Below are positions 24,012 through 36,899 of a stretch of 64,000 nucleotides of DNA, piece after piece; within the stretch, counting starts at the first letter, position 1, and each line of letters opens with the position of its first letter. Origin of the DNA: Felis catus (Eukaryota); assembly GCF_018350175.1 (NCBI RefSeq), contig NC_058368.1:233866001-233930000 (forward strand), in the 5' to 3' direction. The position numbers and the translations under genes are program-made. The notes beneath the pieces were generated by a model. That model saw nothing but the letters and a program-made list of their open reading frames with translations. It had not been told where the DNA came from and ran no database searches.

Positions 24012-25379
24012 AAAAAGACTTCATTTTGAAATCTGAAGCCGAGAAAAAGAAAACACATGAACGCCATTCTTTTCCGGGTTTTATAAGCACAAAAATTCCA
24101 TTCTTCACAGAATTTGCTTCACGAGGTTGTTTGTCAAAGTCCAAATACAGACAAGTGAAAATGTCAAGTGTCACAGGACTAAGGAAACAGATCAAACACA
24201 TACTAGTGTAAATGGGCATAATTTTCTCTGAGCTGTGGCTTCTTCATTACCTTCATTGTGACAGGTGAACCACTCTCTCCCCTCTGAGGTCTGTCGCAAG
24301 ACGGCACTGCTTTCTGAGATGCCATTTTTCTTTCCCGTTTTGGGGAAATCGGCCACGCACTAATAAAATGTCGCCTTGGTCTGTGTCCATTTTTCAAACT
24401 AGAAGTACACATTTTTATAACACGTAGGGAGCGGTCACTTATAGTACCGCAAGCTAATTTTTGTTTTCGACAAGTACAACTTCAGAAAAATCCCCAAGAC
24501 TTATATTAGGGGCATTAAAACATATTTTTTCTAATCCTTTTCATTTTAGATTTTAAAATGCAGCCGATTGCCGATTCTTCTCATTCTTGTCTCCCTCGAA
24601 CAGTCTGTGAGTGAATGCCCCCCAGTCCTGGTATAAGATGGTTTCATTTCATTTAATTAACAGAGCCCGGTCTTTGGGGATTCTTCCCATTAAATCTGCA
24701 TGGTTCTGTAAGTGGAGAAGTAGTTTCCAGAGAGAAGGCCAACATAACCACCCACTGACACTGTTACAGAAATAATTCCACGTCGAGGAGAGGGCCCCAG
24801 GGGGATGTTAGAGCTTCTAATTATAAACCGTAAGTCACTTCGACAATTTTTTGCGTCTGAGATACAATAAGAGGAATAATTAACAGTGAGCGATAATTCT
24901 CAGGCTGGTGGCAGCACACAGCAGAGTCTGAATCTTGTACCTCAATACAATAAAATACTTTGTAGGATATCCCTCTACCTGGCTTATTATTAAAGATCGT
25001 TTGCTAAAGAGCAGGTCCTGCTAAAAGCGCTCGGGGTCTTACCCACCAGCAGCTGGGAGGTTGTTAGGGCTCAGGCTGTTGAGCTAAGGGAACCCACTGT
25101 TAGGAACAGACAGTAACCGTTGGTGGAGGAGGACGGTTGCACAGGTTATTGCAAATCACCCGAGGGGCGACCCCTGCGCTCACGGATGTTTGAAGCAATC
25201 ACTACCTGCTCTTTGTGGTGGCTCTAGTGACACTGTGCCCCTCCGTGACTTTTCTGCTCTCCTTTGTACTTCGTTACTTTCCGGATTTCTGTGTGATAAG
25301 TTCGTACTCCTTTTATAAGCAGAAAACAATCAATCTTTTGTATCAAGAGCGCTGGGAGGCACACAACCCTCCTCGCCTC

Positions 25380-26073
25380 CTTTGAGCTACAATTCCTGCA
25401 GATGTCCCTCCCCTGGCATTTGCCAACCTGCCTGCTCTCCAGCCCCCTGGCCCTAGACGCTCGGCCCCACGCCTGTCTCCCTGCCTTCAGCGCTGGCAAA
25501 TCAGTCTGTGTAACATCTGGAAAACCCTCCCTTCATTTTGCTTGGAGAACAGCAATGATCAGACTCCTGACCCACCTTCTCTTTGATCTGACCCTGGGTT
25601 ACCTTCCCAGCCACACCTTGTCTCCCTTGCAGGAACTTTACAACCCAGCACGTTCAACACCTTCCGGTTTGCACCCGTCTGTCTGTCTGTCCCAAACCCC
25701 TGCCAACTCGGTGGACCTCCTTCCGCTCCCCTTTCCTGAGATGCCCCTCATTTGCCTGGTCGCGCGTACCCACCCTGGCCAGAGACTGGAAGCTCAGAAC
25801 GTGTCCTCCAAGAAACTCTCTTAACGCTCCTGCATCCGCCCCCTCCTGACTACAATAATACTTCTCTGCCTTCCCCCAAATGACTTATAGCTGGCACTGC
25901 TATTTTATTTCACGCTAATGATCATTTTACGTGGCGGTCATCCCCACAAGCTACCTGGATTCCTTCAGGGCAGACAATGTGCCTGTGTTGTTGGCATACT
26001 TTTTATCTGGGCTCTTGATAGGCGTCTGATGGAAACTCAAATGTTTGTTGAGGGAACGAATGGATGAATGAAT
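25380..26073 (+). mobile_element. L2 LINE 3' relic
   Basis: CT-rich body ending tcagggcagacaatgtg...ctcaaatgtttgttgagggaacgaatggatgaatgaat, the typical L2 tail. Confidence 0.7.
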
Positions 26074-26409
26074 ATTATTGATGATTCTGCCAGCAGGTTT
26101 ATTGGCTTGCCTCTTTCAGCAGCTGTCGGTGGTAAGAATTAAAGGAACTTCTTCAAGTGTTTTTAGAATCATAAACCAGAGGAGCAGCACAGAGCTACCG
26201 AAGATGGCTAGATACGTACTGTGACATCTTATCACAGGACAGTGTAATCAGTGCTTGGTATCTGCTGATGGGATAATACAATGTTGCAATATGACAACAC
26301 TGGGCGTGACTAAGACCTGCCACCGCAGGGAAATGTAACAGCGGTGATGCCCTAATACATTGAAGACTGTAGCAGAGGCTCACAGGGGGACGTTGGAAGC
26401 ATCACCCTA

Positions 26410-27139
26410 CCGTTGCCCTGGTCATGATAGGATGGGCAATGTTGCAGGGGAAAAACAATCCAAGGCTCCAGAGTGTGGCACAGTTTTGCTCCTGCCGCGG
26501 TCGGCCCGGGTCAGGCAGCCTCAACTACGATAATTCAGCCAACTGGCCTACGCCGCTCCTTGTAATTGTGGATTTCGTGACTTCCGGCCATGCAAACAGT
26601 GAGAGAGAGAAAAGACTGCGGGGCACGGACGGGGCTGTGGTCACCCCTAAAATCGGATTCCGTTAGTTCCAGGGAGATTCTGGTGGCCAGAGCCGATCCC
26701 ACGTAGCTGAGGCTGAGCTGCCGGGGAAGCTGTGAGCGAGTGTCACCTGTCAGCTCAAGAGGAGGATGTGGGACCTCAGCACCCGCAGGGCAAGAGACGG
26801 TGAGCCGGGGAGGGGGGGGCATTACAGAGCACAGTCCTGGGGGCTCCACGGTGCAGTGCCCAGGTGGTCACTGTGGCCCAGTGCCCGTGCTGGTGGGGGA
26901 GAGAAAACTCATTATTAACCTCCGATACCTAACACACAGCTCGATCCCATTCTTCCTTCGAGACACAGGGCCACCTATGCAGGAACCCCCAGGTACCTCT
27001 GCAAGCGAATAAGGTATTCTGTTAGGGATTTTTTTTTATTCCCAATATTTCAAAAAACATCCCTTCTCCTCCACTCTGCTGTAATTAAGTCTGCGAGCAA
27101 CTGATTTTCCTCTTCTTCTGTGGGGACATGACGGTAAGT
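26410..27139 (+). promoter_or_regulatory. CpG-enriched patch with RFX-like and ETS motifs and a downstream donor
   Basis: gttgccctggtcat at 26412, gacttccgg at about 26579, and donor ACG|gtaagt at 27133/27134. Confidence 0.3.
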
Positions 27140-27719
27140 TAGCATTTGTGTCTTGCCCCCGTAGAAGTTTCCATCAAGAATAGTTGTAGCTTTTAAAAAC
27201 AATTGTCAGAACGTCTTAAGTACACCTTGAAATGGAATTTCAGATTGCATTTGTTTGAATGCTCTTAAGTTTGATAATATAAAAGTGTTTCCTGTTTGTG
27301 TAAATATATCATATAAATAGGCTCCTGGTGCCTTCAAAGCCTTAGGAGTCTGCAAGGTCACCTCACGTGAAGACACAGAAGATGGGGCTCAGCTGGCGAG
27401 ACTGGGGCGACGAGGCAGCGTGAGGGGAGCAGTGAGGGGCAAAGTTCCTCTGCTCATCCTGAGTCCCCGCCCAGACGCGTCTTTGCGAGGGGCTCGTGCG
27501 TGGGCACATCTCTGAGTGTGCGTATGCCCCTGTGGCACCTTCGACCTTGTTTGATAATCTGCTCACATCTGTCGCCTCTGGCAGACTGGAAACCCCGGGC
27601 AGGGCAGAGAGCAGTCGAAGGGCTGGTAGACGCCCATTAACAGGAAGCAGTGGCTATGGTCACGGAGGCTTGGGCTAGCCCCCAAGTCAGGGGAAAGGCT
27701 GCTGTTGGTACCTGCCAGG

Positions 27720-28202
27720 CATCTTCAAGCTCACTCCGCGAGGTCAAGGTGGGACCACCTTTTAACTCTGAGATTTGGAGGTGACTCAGGAAAGGGTGGA
27801 CTTGATATTTGGGTTGACCAATCCAAGCAGCACGTTCCCCTAGCCAGTTGTGCCAAATGAAGGAGGTTCAACTCAAGAAAAGAGCCTCCTTCTAGACTTT
27901 TGTGGAACTTTCTAGAAAACAGTCTCTATTTTTCTGCTGGGATGGCAAGAAGAAACAATGACATAAAGTCATCAACTTGTAGCTTCTAGGAGCCCACATG
28001 TGGGTCTGAGAACCTAGGGCTAACACACAAAGTGGCCAGGCTCTGAGGGAGGTGTGGGAGGCCCAGATCTGCCCAGGCTGGCGCCCGACAATTCAGCTCC
28101 TTGACTTCATTTTTTTGTTTGTCTTCGCTTTATTTTTTGTTCTCATCGGAGTAAATTAGGTTGCTATTCCTTGTAACCAAAACAACAAATGGACACTGAC
28201 CG
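27720..28202 (+). mobile_element. Old MLT1-type MaLR LTR relic
   Basis: Ends ttgtaaccaaaac...cactgaccga, like old MLT1 3' termini. Highly diverged. Confidence 0.5.
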
Positions 28203-28769
28203 ATTTAACTTATATAATCTTACTTGACGAGAATAACAGACAAATAAGAATCATACATGCGTAATCTGAAATATGTCAGAGAACATTTTGTACTTGAAAT
28301 GAAGAATTCATAACAAGGATTTCATTGTAGAAAGACTGACCACACCTAGTTTTACATAAAATGATAGGCTTCCTTATGTGTCACGGTATTTGATGTATTT
28401 TATCATTTTATCAGATGTTGCATTTGAATTGATAGCTAACATACAACAAATTCCAAGATTGACTACGTTTTCATGTTTCTTCAGTGATATGGGAGGTGAA
28501 TAAGTCTGGATTTTTTCACTGAACCTCCATAAAGTGAGTATGCCTCCTCTCGTAAGTATATTTCTAAATGTATTATAAACGTAACCCAGCACAAATGCTA
28601 GGAATTATCTGAATGCTATTCTAATGACACCAGGTAATCTTTTGTAACCTCCCATAACATCTCCACCTACATATTGATGGGGAACACATCCAGGATCCTT
28701 CTCTGAGAGTATGGGCCCCTAGGATGTCCGTGAGTGGATTTCCGATGGGTTTGTGACTCCAGGGGGGAT

Positions 28770-28810
<41 letters not shown>

Positions 28811-28822
28811 ATGTGTGTACAC
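28770..28822. repeat. (TG)n microsatellite
   Basis: Directly visible. Confidence 0.95.
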
Positions 28823-29072
28823 AGGCACTTTTCAATGGAGGCTGTTTATGGAGTTTGACCAGATCCTCAAAAGAAATCTAAATAAAGGAGAAACACCCCT
28901 GACATGAACCAAAGGGTCTCCAGTCTGTCACTTTATTCCATGTTTTTTTTCCTATCCTGTGGGTGGACATTTCTAAGCAATCTGCCAATGAATAAAGATT
29001 GGCACAAAATTCTGTTATGAAATCAGTATTTGAAGAATGTGAAGTGCCTGATAAAAGGAGATTGTGACTTAC

Positions 29073-29166
29073 ATCCTGCTTCTTTCTGCCAGTGATAACA
29101 GTGTGTGATGGAGGGGGAGGGAGAGAGAGAGAGAAAGAGAGAGAACGTGAGCACTGGGTCCATCCT
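29073..29166 (-). other. Candidate spliced exon (94 nt), probably non-coding
   Basis: Minus-strand acceptor gcttcctgttttcag| and donor GAT|gtaagt. Confidence 0.3.
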
Positions 29167-29659
29167 CTGAAAACAGGAAGCAACTTTGATGTGATGCAAG
29201 GTGTCTCTTACTTATGCCCTCATGTGTCTTAGTCACAATGTAAGGTGAGATGTCCCTCATGTTTATTTATGACTGGTCTGGCCTGTGCTTGTGTTTGTAG
29301 AGTGGCCACTTTATTGGAGATGCCCCATCAGGCCTCTGTGGCAGGATGTTCCTGCATCCCCTAACGGTGCTGGCTGATGCCCAACAGGGCCCACCGTCTC
29401 TCCTGCGGCCTCACCCCCAGAGCCAGGGAGCCCCGTCCACCCCTGTGCTCTGCAGCCTATGGGTTCAGGCTCCATAACACCCTGCATCTGGCCAGGGGTA
29501 CTATTGCTGCGAATTGCCCTTAAACCCCTTCCCTGAAACCCTGGAGATGCATCTTATGTTTCATTTCTTTTGCTTATGGAAAGAAGTCTCAACAACACCT
29601 ACCTTAGGGACTCAGCTCTCATTCATTCCTTAACAAATACCTGCCATATATCAGAGATT

Positions 29660-30560
29660 CCAATTGCCTACCTCCCCTGAAGATAATTTCTGAGCTCCGG
29701 ACCCATATCTGAGTGCTGAGTTGACCTCTCCACTGCCGTGTTCCACATACACCTCCAAGCCATCATTTCCTGAGACACACTCAGACTTTCTGGGTTGGCC
29801 CCCCGACTCTGCTGTTCACCAGCAGCATGATCTTGGGCAAATCGCTTGTCCACGTTTGACCTCCATTTTCTCTTTTGTAGAATGGAAATGGCAGTGAGGT
29901 TGTGGGAAGAAGACACATGTCAAGGACTCGAAACAGTCCTGACTTCAGGTCTCAACTGCTCATGTTGCTCTTTTCTCTTGCCCCACATTGCTCCTTTTCT
30001 AGACTTTTCCTCCTCTGCAAATGGCACCCCTAGCTTCTCAGGCTCCACACTCAAAAGCCACCCCTATCTTCTCCCATACTTTACTAAGACCTGCCAGTTA
30101 TCTCCAGAATACACCTTCTGTACCAAGATTCTTATTCTCTACCCCTTTCTCCTGTCCTGCCCAAATTGCCATGAGCATCCTGGGTAACCCTTTCCATTCT
30201 TACCCTTCCCTGATCCATTGTGGTGAATGTTTAAAAGTATACATTACATCTCACCACTCCCACCTGCAAAGAATTCAGCAACTTTATGTGACTCTATTGA
30301 GAGCCCCCCATTGTCACCTTCTGTGGCTTCTGGCTCTTTCTCAGTCATGTGCTATGCTATCTCTCCCACCAACCTGTGTGACCCAGGAACCCAGTAGGCA
30401 GAACACAATGCTTCCTTTCTCCACCCAGGCATTGGCATGCAGTGGTGTTCAGGAAACACACACCGAGGTAAATACAGATAACTTCTGCTGGCAGATTAAT
30501 TTTGTCCATCACCTCTCTCTGGAGATTACATCTCTGAGTTGCCAAATCCCCGTGCCTTTT
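29660..30560 (+). mobile_element. L2 relic with a nested MIR (about 29780-29945)
   Basis: L2-like tgagctccggacccatatctga...gacctctccactg. MIR core atcttgggcaaatcgctt...ctccattttctcttttgtagaatggaaat. Confidence 0.65.
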
Positions 30561-31007
30561 CTTACTGTCTCTCTTCATGGCTTGGTTCTCCTGGCTCTTG
30601 GCTCTCGGATGACTTCAACTCAGCCAGAGTCACTGGAAAAGCTTTCTTTTTCTTATTCCTTCCATCCAAGGTTCCCAGGGCCTATTGTTTTATCTTCCAG
30701 AACACATTCAAAATTAGATAAGAATGAAACTCCTTTCATCCACCTCTTCCTAACCATCGTCGATCGTTTGTTGTTTCTGCCTTCCACGAATACTCTGCCA
30801 TTTTCACCTACTTGTCTTTTGGTACCTGGCGACTTCTGTTTTGTTTGTACAGACATTTGTGTATGTCCGCCTGACCCTAATGACCGCTTTTTTCCACCCA
30901 TCCAGGCTCGCTCTGCTCAACAGACATGAATTTAGTACCTTCCATCAAGTGTACAACTGATGAGGGAGGTTGGCTAGCCGAAGTTAATGGCACCATACTG
31001 GCCCTGA

Positions 31008-31151
31008 GGGAATCATGATGTCAGCCCATAGAAACGGTCCTCCCTACTCTTCCTACCCATATTCTCTCTTGGTTCCACTGGGAATCACGATGTCAGCCCA
31101 TAGAAATGGTCTTCCCTACTCTTCTTACCTATATTCTCTCTTGGCTCCATT
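31008..31151. repeat. 72-bp tandem duplication
   Basis: Units 31008-31079 and 31080-31151, 65/72 identical. Confidence 0.95.
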
Positions 31152-31428
31152 CCAAAGCTTGTGCTCTAGGGTGGATACAGCTCTAGGGTAAGTTTCTTTA
31201 CTGAAAAGGGTCATCTCATACTGTGAGTGCTTAGTTGATACATGGTCATAAGTTTGTAATTAAGAAATCTAGAAGAGTGTGTGCAATGTCTGAATAATGA
31301 AGTTACTAGTTTATAATATATTATAACATCCTATTTTCAAATTAGAAGGCATCAAAATAGATCTGAGTTCTCTGGGAAAACAAGGCTCTGTATATCTCTC
31401 AGTTAAAGGTAGTCTAGCTTTTAGCCTG

Positions 31429-31429
<1 letters not shown>

Positions 31430-31465
<36 letters not shown>

Positions 31466-31468
31466 ACA
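31430..31468. repeat. (CA)n microsatellite
   Basis: Directly visible. Confidence 0.95.
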
Positions 31469-32159
31469 AAATGTATCTTGAGCAACTGCTTTTTTTTTCT
31501 TCCAGAATTCAGTCCGTTTCCTAAAGTATCAGGAGGCTTAAGAGAGGTGGCTGTGATAATAGAAACTTAATTCATTTTAAATTTAAATTTGTTTTAGATC
31601 TTAAAAGTCATATCCTGTCCACTACTGGCCACAACAAGGGTTATAGATACATTTATCTTCTGGAATTTGCATTAGCATGAATTATAAAAGAAATCATTGG
31701 AATCACATGAATATTTTTTAATCCTGAATTATAGTCAGTCTCTCTTATTTCCAATTAATCTTACGTTGCTTAAGATAATACTATCTCATCTGAGTGGGTC
31801 ACTTATGAAATGAAGGCTCTGTGAATGTCTAAATATTTGAATTAAAAAATGTCATTTCTACTGTGTTCATTAATCTCGAGCACGGTAGAAGTGTTCAGTC
31901 ACTGGACAGGTCTTCCTAGGAACTCAAAGAGCACAAACACTGACTTAGCTAAGGTCCCTGCTGTCAAAATGTGGAGGTGAATGACCTTTAGTTTCCATCC
32001 AAGTGTGTATTTTTTGAAGAACGTGCATACTAATAATTCAGCTGAGGCCTAAAGGGTGAGGAAAGCAGAATAGTAAGAGAGAAGACAAGTAAATGAAAGG
32101 CAAATTATACCTTCCTTCACCCCGAGCTGCTGAGTAAAGTGCCTTGAAGATGGAAATTA

Positions 32160-32305
32160 AAGATCGATAGATGACGGGGAAATGGATAGACAGATCAATA
32201 AATGGATAGGTAGATGTATGGTGGAGGGACGGCAATGGTATGTAGAGATGATTGGCAAGTAGGTGATGGATGAAAGCAGGTAGGTAGACAGACAGACAGA
32301 CAGTT
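32160..32305. repeat. Degenerate (GGAT/AGAT/AGAC)n purine-rich tetranucleotide tract
   Basis: gatagatg...ggatagacagatc...ggtaggtagacagacagacagacag. Confidence 0.75.
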
Positions 32306-32510
32306 GTAGGACTCATAGCTCAAAATTTTCTGATCGTACAGCCTAAGGGCTAGCACCTAGGACAAGTACTAATCACTGTGAACATTCAAGCTAGAGAATC
32401 GATGCTTTGATATCTTGTTACAGCTTTGATTTAATAATTTTAGAATTGATAGAACTGGGATGACTGTTTCCAAGAAGCGGCCGATTTTGTTTCCCTAAAA
32501 AAGTAATTAA

Positions 32511-32635
32511 GGGGGAGCCTGGGTGGCTCAGTCAGTTAAGCCTCTGATGGTGCAGCGCAGCTCGGGTCTTGACGTGAGGGTCATGAGTTCAAGCCCCACG
32601 TTGGGCTCTGTGCTGGATGTGAAACCTACTTAAAA
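32511..32635 (+). mobile_element. Short old-type carnivore tRNA-SINE lacking the CT tract
   Basis: A-box tggctcagtcag, B-box gagttcaagccc, ends cctacttaaaaaaa. TSD aaaaaag(t/g)aattaa. Confidence 0.88.
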
Positions 32636-32654
32636 AAAAGGAATTAATAAGAGA

Positions 32655-32860
32655 CACTTAAAACATACGGGATCTTCATGCTTAAATCTGCAAAGTGCTG
32701 ATGAAGGAAATCGAAGAAAGCTTAAGGAAATAGAGATCCATTGTGTTCATGGATTGAGACATTCCACATAAGAAAGACTTCAGTTCTCAGATCCCAAAAC
32801 TGATCTACAGGTTTAATGCAAAAGTGAGCTCCCAGCAGACAATTTCTGTCCTAGACAGAT
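32655..32860 (+). mobile_element. Old L1 ORF2 fragment
   Basis: tgctgatgaaggaaatcgaagaa...tgttcatggattg...ctgatctacaggtttaatgca (L1 LMKEIEE, CSWI, LIYRFNA). Confidence 0.8.
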
Positions 32861-33574
32861 TTGGGATGTGTGTTCCCTCTGCTGTTCCAGCTTGGCTCAT
32901 ACCTGACTCCGTGGATGCCTCACCCACCAAGACCACACCTGGGCACCACCTTCTCCAGGGCTTCTCCTCCTGGAATGGGTCTGTGTCATTCTGGAGGCTC
33001 CCAGACATCTCAGAGATGGCCCCTCGCTTCCCCCCCCCACACCCCACCTTGAACCCCGCCTCTGTTTAGTCCTATACTCACTGGACCTGGCCTGTCAGAG
33101 TCACATGGGTTCCAGTCTGGAAACACCAGTTTGAGCCCTGTCCTGTTGGCTCAAGGTACAACGGTGAATTCTTTCCACAATGCACAAGGATGGCTCATGA
33201 ACAGAGGATTACAGTGTGGGTTTGTGGGTGAGGGGTTTTGGCAGAAGCCAAGAGTTACCCGGGGGCTGTGTAAGGGTGCGCTGTGACTTACGGAGACGGC
33301 AGGACTGGAACCCGCATCTCCTAACTGTCGCTCTGGGGTTGCAGTCTTCCTGCAGTAACGCTGCGTGCTCCCCAAGTCCAGCCAGCCTCAGGCGGGATGG
33401 GGGTGCAGTGCAGCCAGAATACGGGGGGCTGGGTAAGAGGGGGGAAGAGAGTCCCCCAGAAAACCCCGTCTCGGGCAGAGAGTTGCCTTGGAAACATATC
33501 TTTATCCGTATGGGGAGACATGTAAATCCTACTTTGTTGGGACGAGAGCTGAGGAAGCAGGGATGTACTGATGT

Positions 33575-34215
33575 GCACCGGGGGGCGGGGAGGGGGGCGA
33601 CATAACTTCAGATTCGCACCCCAGCTTCATACATGCCCAGGCGCCTGCGCCAGGCTACAGGGAGGGGAGCGGCCTCCGAAGCTGTGGCGCGTGCTCATGG
33701 GTCCAGAAGATTCTCAGGGGTCAGAAGTGCCCTCGGCGGGTTGATGGGGAGACAGACAGAGGCTGAGGACGTGGTGAATAGTCTCCCGGGGGGTGTCCCT
33801 AGTATCACCGAGTCGGGGCAGAAACATTTGAGAGATACTCTTTTTTCTTTTTTTAAGATTTACCAAAGTAATACATTTGTGCATTTCTGGTTTTTAAACG
33901 AGGTTGAGTCTCCAAGAAAGAGCTGCCGACATAGAGTCCTGGGTGCCTCGTGTGGCTGAGAGGCTGGCTGGGCAGCGGTCCTGGTGCCCGGGGCCCAGGG
34001 AGTGGGGGGAAGCGGGTTGAAAGCCCAGGCATGAACCCAGCGATGCAGGGGAGCTGTTGGCCCGAGGCGGAGGGATGGCGCGTCCTGTCTGTCCAGATGG
34101 GGGATGCTCAGGCCTGCCCTGCCTCTGGGAAATGTCTTCTAGGAGCAAAGAAACCTCCGGACCAGAATTTGCCTCGCTGCGGAGTCCAGATTTACCGTAC
34201 ACATGAGGTGAGGGA
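33575..34215 (+). promoter_or_regulatory. GC/CpG-rich patch, candidate promoter or enhancer
   Basis: GC box ggggcgggg at about 33582, NRF1-like gcgcctgcgc at 33641-33650, possible donor GAG|gtgagg at about 34208. Confidence 0.3.
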
Positions 34216-34418
34216 AAATCTAATTACAGGGATTAATATAAAAATTGGTCCTAGGCCAGTGATCCTGTTGAGCCATCTGGAAGAATCAAATGGAACGCCA
34301 AAAGTAAATGGAAGGTTTCTTTCCCCGTTGAGGATTTGTGGATTGACGTGCAAAATCGGTACCATTTCAAAATTTAGAAACACACACGGCAAACACCTCT
34401 ATGAAAATCCTCTGGATG

Positions 34419-34630
34419 GGGGGCGCCTGGGTGGCGTAGTCGGTAGGGCATCCGACTTCAGCCAGGTCACGATCTCGTGGTCTGTGAGTTCGAGCCCCGC
34501 GTCGGGCTCTGGGCTGATGGCTCTGAGCCTGGAGCCTGTTTCCGATTCTGTGTCTCCCTCTCTCTCTGCCCCTCCCCAGTTCATGCTCTGTCTCTCTCTG
34601 TCCCAAAAATAAATTAAAAAAAAAAAAAGT
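34419..34630 (+). mobile_element. Young Can-SINE (SINEC_Fc-like)
   Basis: Perfect TSD gaaaatcctctgga at 34403-34416 and 34635-34648. Confidence 0.97.
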
Positions 34631-34814
34631 TGAAGAAAATCCTCTGGAAAATACACCCAGGTGAACACACCAGGGGGACCTGACATGTAAAATACCAAAT
34701 TGAAACATTTTTAGGTAAATAGGCTTCAAGTCATTAGGAACATGACGGTACATTATAAAAACCATTAAAAAGACCCATTTTTTTTTTTAAAGAAAAAACT
34801 GTGCTAAAAAAAGT

Positions 34815-35665
34815 TAACAATAGACACTTATCCAAAGAAGACCTCCAGATGGTGGAAAGACCCATGAAAAGATGCTCAATATCATTCATCATCAGGGAAA
34901 TACAAATCAAAACCGTGATGAACTATCATGTCACACCTGTCAGAATGACTAAAATTAACACCTCAGGAAACAACCGATGTTGGAGAGGATGCAGAGAAAG
35001 GGGATCCCTCTGGCACCGTTGGTGGGAATGCACACTGGTGCAGCCATTTTGGAAAACAATGTGGAGGTTCCTCAAAAATTAAAAATAGAACTACCCTATG
35101 ACCCAGCAATAGCACTGCTAGGAATTTACCCAAGGGATCCAGGAGTGCTGATGCAGAGGGGCACTTGTACCCCAATGTTTATAGCAGCACTCTCAACAAT
35201 AGCCAAATCATGGAAAGAGCCCAAATTTCCATCGACTGATGAATAAAGAAGATATGATATATATACAATGGAATATTACTCGGCAATCAGAAAGAATGAA
35301 ATCTTGCCACCTGCACCAATGTGGATGGAACTAGAGTGTGTTATGCTAAGTGAAATCAGTCAGTCAGAGCAAGACAATTCATATGATTTCACTCATATGT
35401 GAAATTTAAGAAAGAAAACAAATGAGCAAAGAAAAATAAAGAGGGAGAGAGAAACCAAGAAACAGACTCTTAACTATAGAGAACAAACTGATGGTTATGG
35501 GAGGGAGGGAGTGGAGCTGGGGGATGGGGGTATTAGGTGATGGGGATTAAGGCGTGCCCTTGTCATGATGAGCACTGGGTGATGTATGGAATTGTTGAAT
35601 TATGATATTGTACTCCTGAAACTAATATAACACCGTGGGTTAACTATACTGGAGTAAACAAAGCT
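34815..35665 (+). mobile_element. Carnivore L1 3' fragment
   Basis: ORFs 34801-35082 and 34977-35246 give L1 ORF2 C-terminal motifs ([44 protein letters not shown]), followed by the 3'UTR. Confidence 0.96.
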
Positions 35666-35934
35666 AAGAAAATTTTCCTAGTGATTGTCCGAAGTTTAAA
35701 ATGTAGATGGTCACTCAATCAGAACTTATATGCAATTCATATTATACCTCTTCATATGTCTGAACCTTACAATTGTGTATGCCAAATTCATCCCTCTTAC
35801 TTGCAGTGTTATGGCCATACAGTCGAATTTTGCATAACTATAAACAGACTATGAAGCGTTATGATATTTTGTTTTACACAATTATCACGTAGAGTGATTT
35901 AAAAGAATAAGAAAATGAACTTTAAGTTACTTTT

Positions 35935-36155
35935 TTTAAATTTTTTTTTTCAACGTTTTTATTTATTTTTGGGACAGAGAGAGACAGAGCATGAACGGAG
36001 GAGGGGCAGAGAGAGAGGGAGACACAGAGTCGGAAACAGGCTCCAGGCTCTGAGCCATCAGCCCGGAGCCTGACGCGGGGCTTGAACTCACGGACCGCGA
36101 GATCGTGACCTGGCTGAAGTGGGACGCTTAACCGACTGCACCACCCAGGCGCCCC
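35935..36155 (-). mobile_element. Young Can-SINE (SINEC_Fc-like)
   Basis: Perfect TSD aagttactttt at 35924-35934 and 36156-36166. CpG-rich body. Confidence 0.98.
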
Positions 36156-36267
36156 AAGTTACTTTTATTTATTACATTTTTTTCACTTTCTTTTTCATTT
36201 TGTAGACTCAAGTTTCTGGCTGGTATTATACTCCTTTTGCCTTGAAGAGAATGCTTTCACATTTCTT

Positions 36268-36387
36268 TCTTTTTTTTTTTAAGATTTTATTTCTAAGTAA
36301 TCTCTACACCCATTGGGGCTCGCTCGAACTCATGACCTTGAGATCGAGTGTCACGTGTTCTACCAACTGAGCCAGCCAGGTGCCCCA
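36268..36387 (-). mobile_element. Short old-type carnivore tRNA-SINE
   Basis: aagattttatttctaagtaatctctacaccc...gaactcatgacc...actgagccagccaggtgcccc. Confidence 0.9.
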
Positions 36388-36899
36388 GTGTTAACATTTC
36401 TTGTAGAGTACGTCTGCTGACGATGAATCCCCTCAGTTTTCATTTGCCTGAAAAAGCTTTTATTTATTTTATATTTCTGAGCATTTTATATTTCAGAGTA
36501 TTAAATGCTGAATTGACAGATTTTCTTTTTTTTCAGAATTTTAAATTTGTCAGTGCATTATGTTTTTACTTGAATGGAGTCTGATTGGAATTCTACTAAA
36601 ATTATTACCATTGTTCCCCTTTATTAAATGCCTTTTTTTTAATCTGGTTCACCTCATGATTGTTTTTTTGTCTTTTGTTTTCGACAGTCAGAATAAAATT
36701 CGTCTCTGTTTTGTGTTCGTTTGTTTTTGTTTTTGGTATACATTTTGCTTAATGTTTTTGGGTTTCATTGATCTGGGGTTGGGGATTTGCAAATCCTTTT
36801 GGAAAATGCTGTCATTATTTCGTAGAATTTTGTTGTGCAATGTTTTCTCTTCTTTTGGGATTCCAACAACACATATGCTCAACTATTTAATATATTTTT

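Noticed and set aside
30021..30929. Longest ORF (302 aa) as a novel protein-coding gene
   Set aside because: It largely overlies a pyrimidine-rich L2 relic that is naturally poor in stop codons. The product is S/L/P/F/H-biased with no recognisable domain. A lack of Ribo-seq signal or frame conservation would settle it.
32511..32635. tRNA gene
   Set aside because: The A and B boxes belong to a tRNA-derived SINE with an A tail and TSD. I see no intact cloverleaf.
33950..34612. 220-aa ORF
   Set aside because: It runs from GC-rich DNA through an L1 relic into a SINE, and its C-terminus is standard Can-SINE translation.
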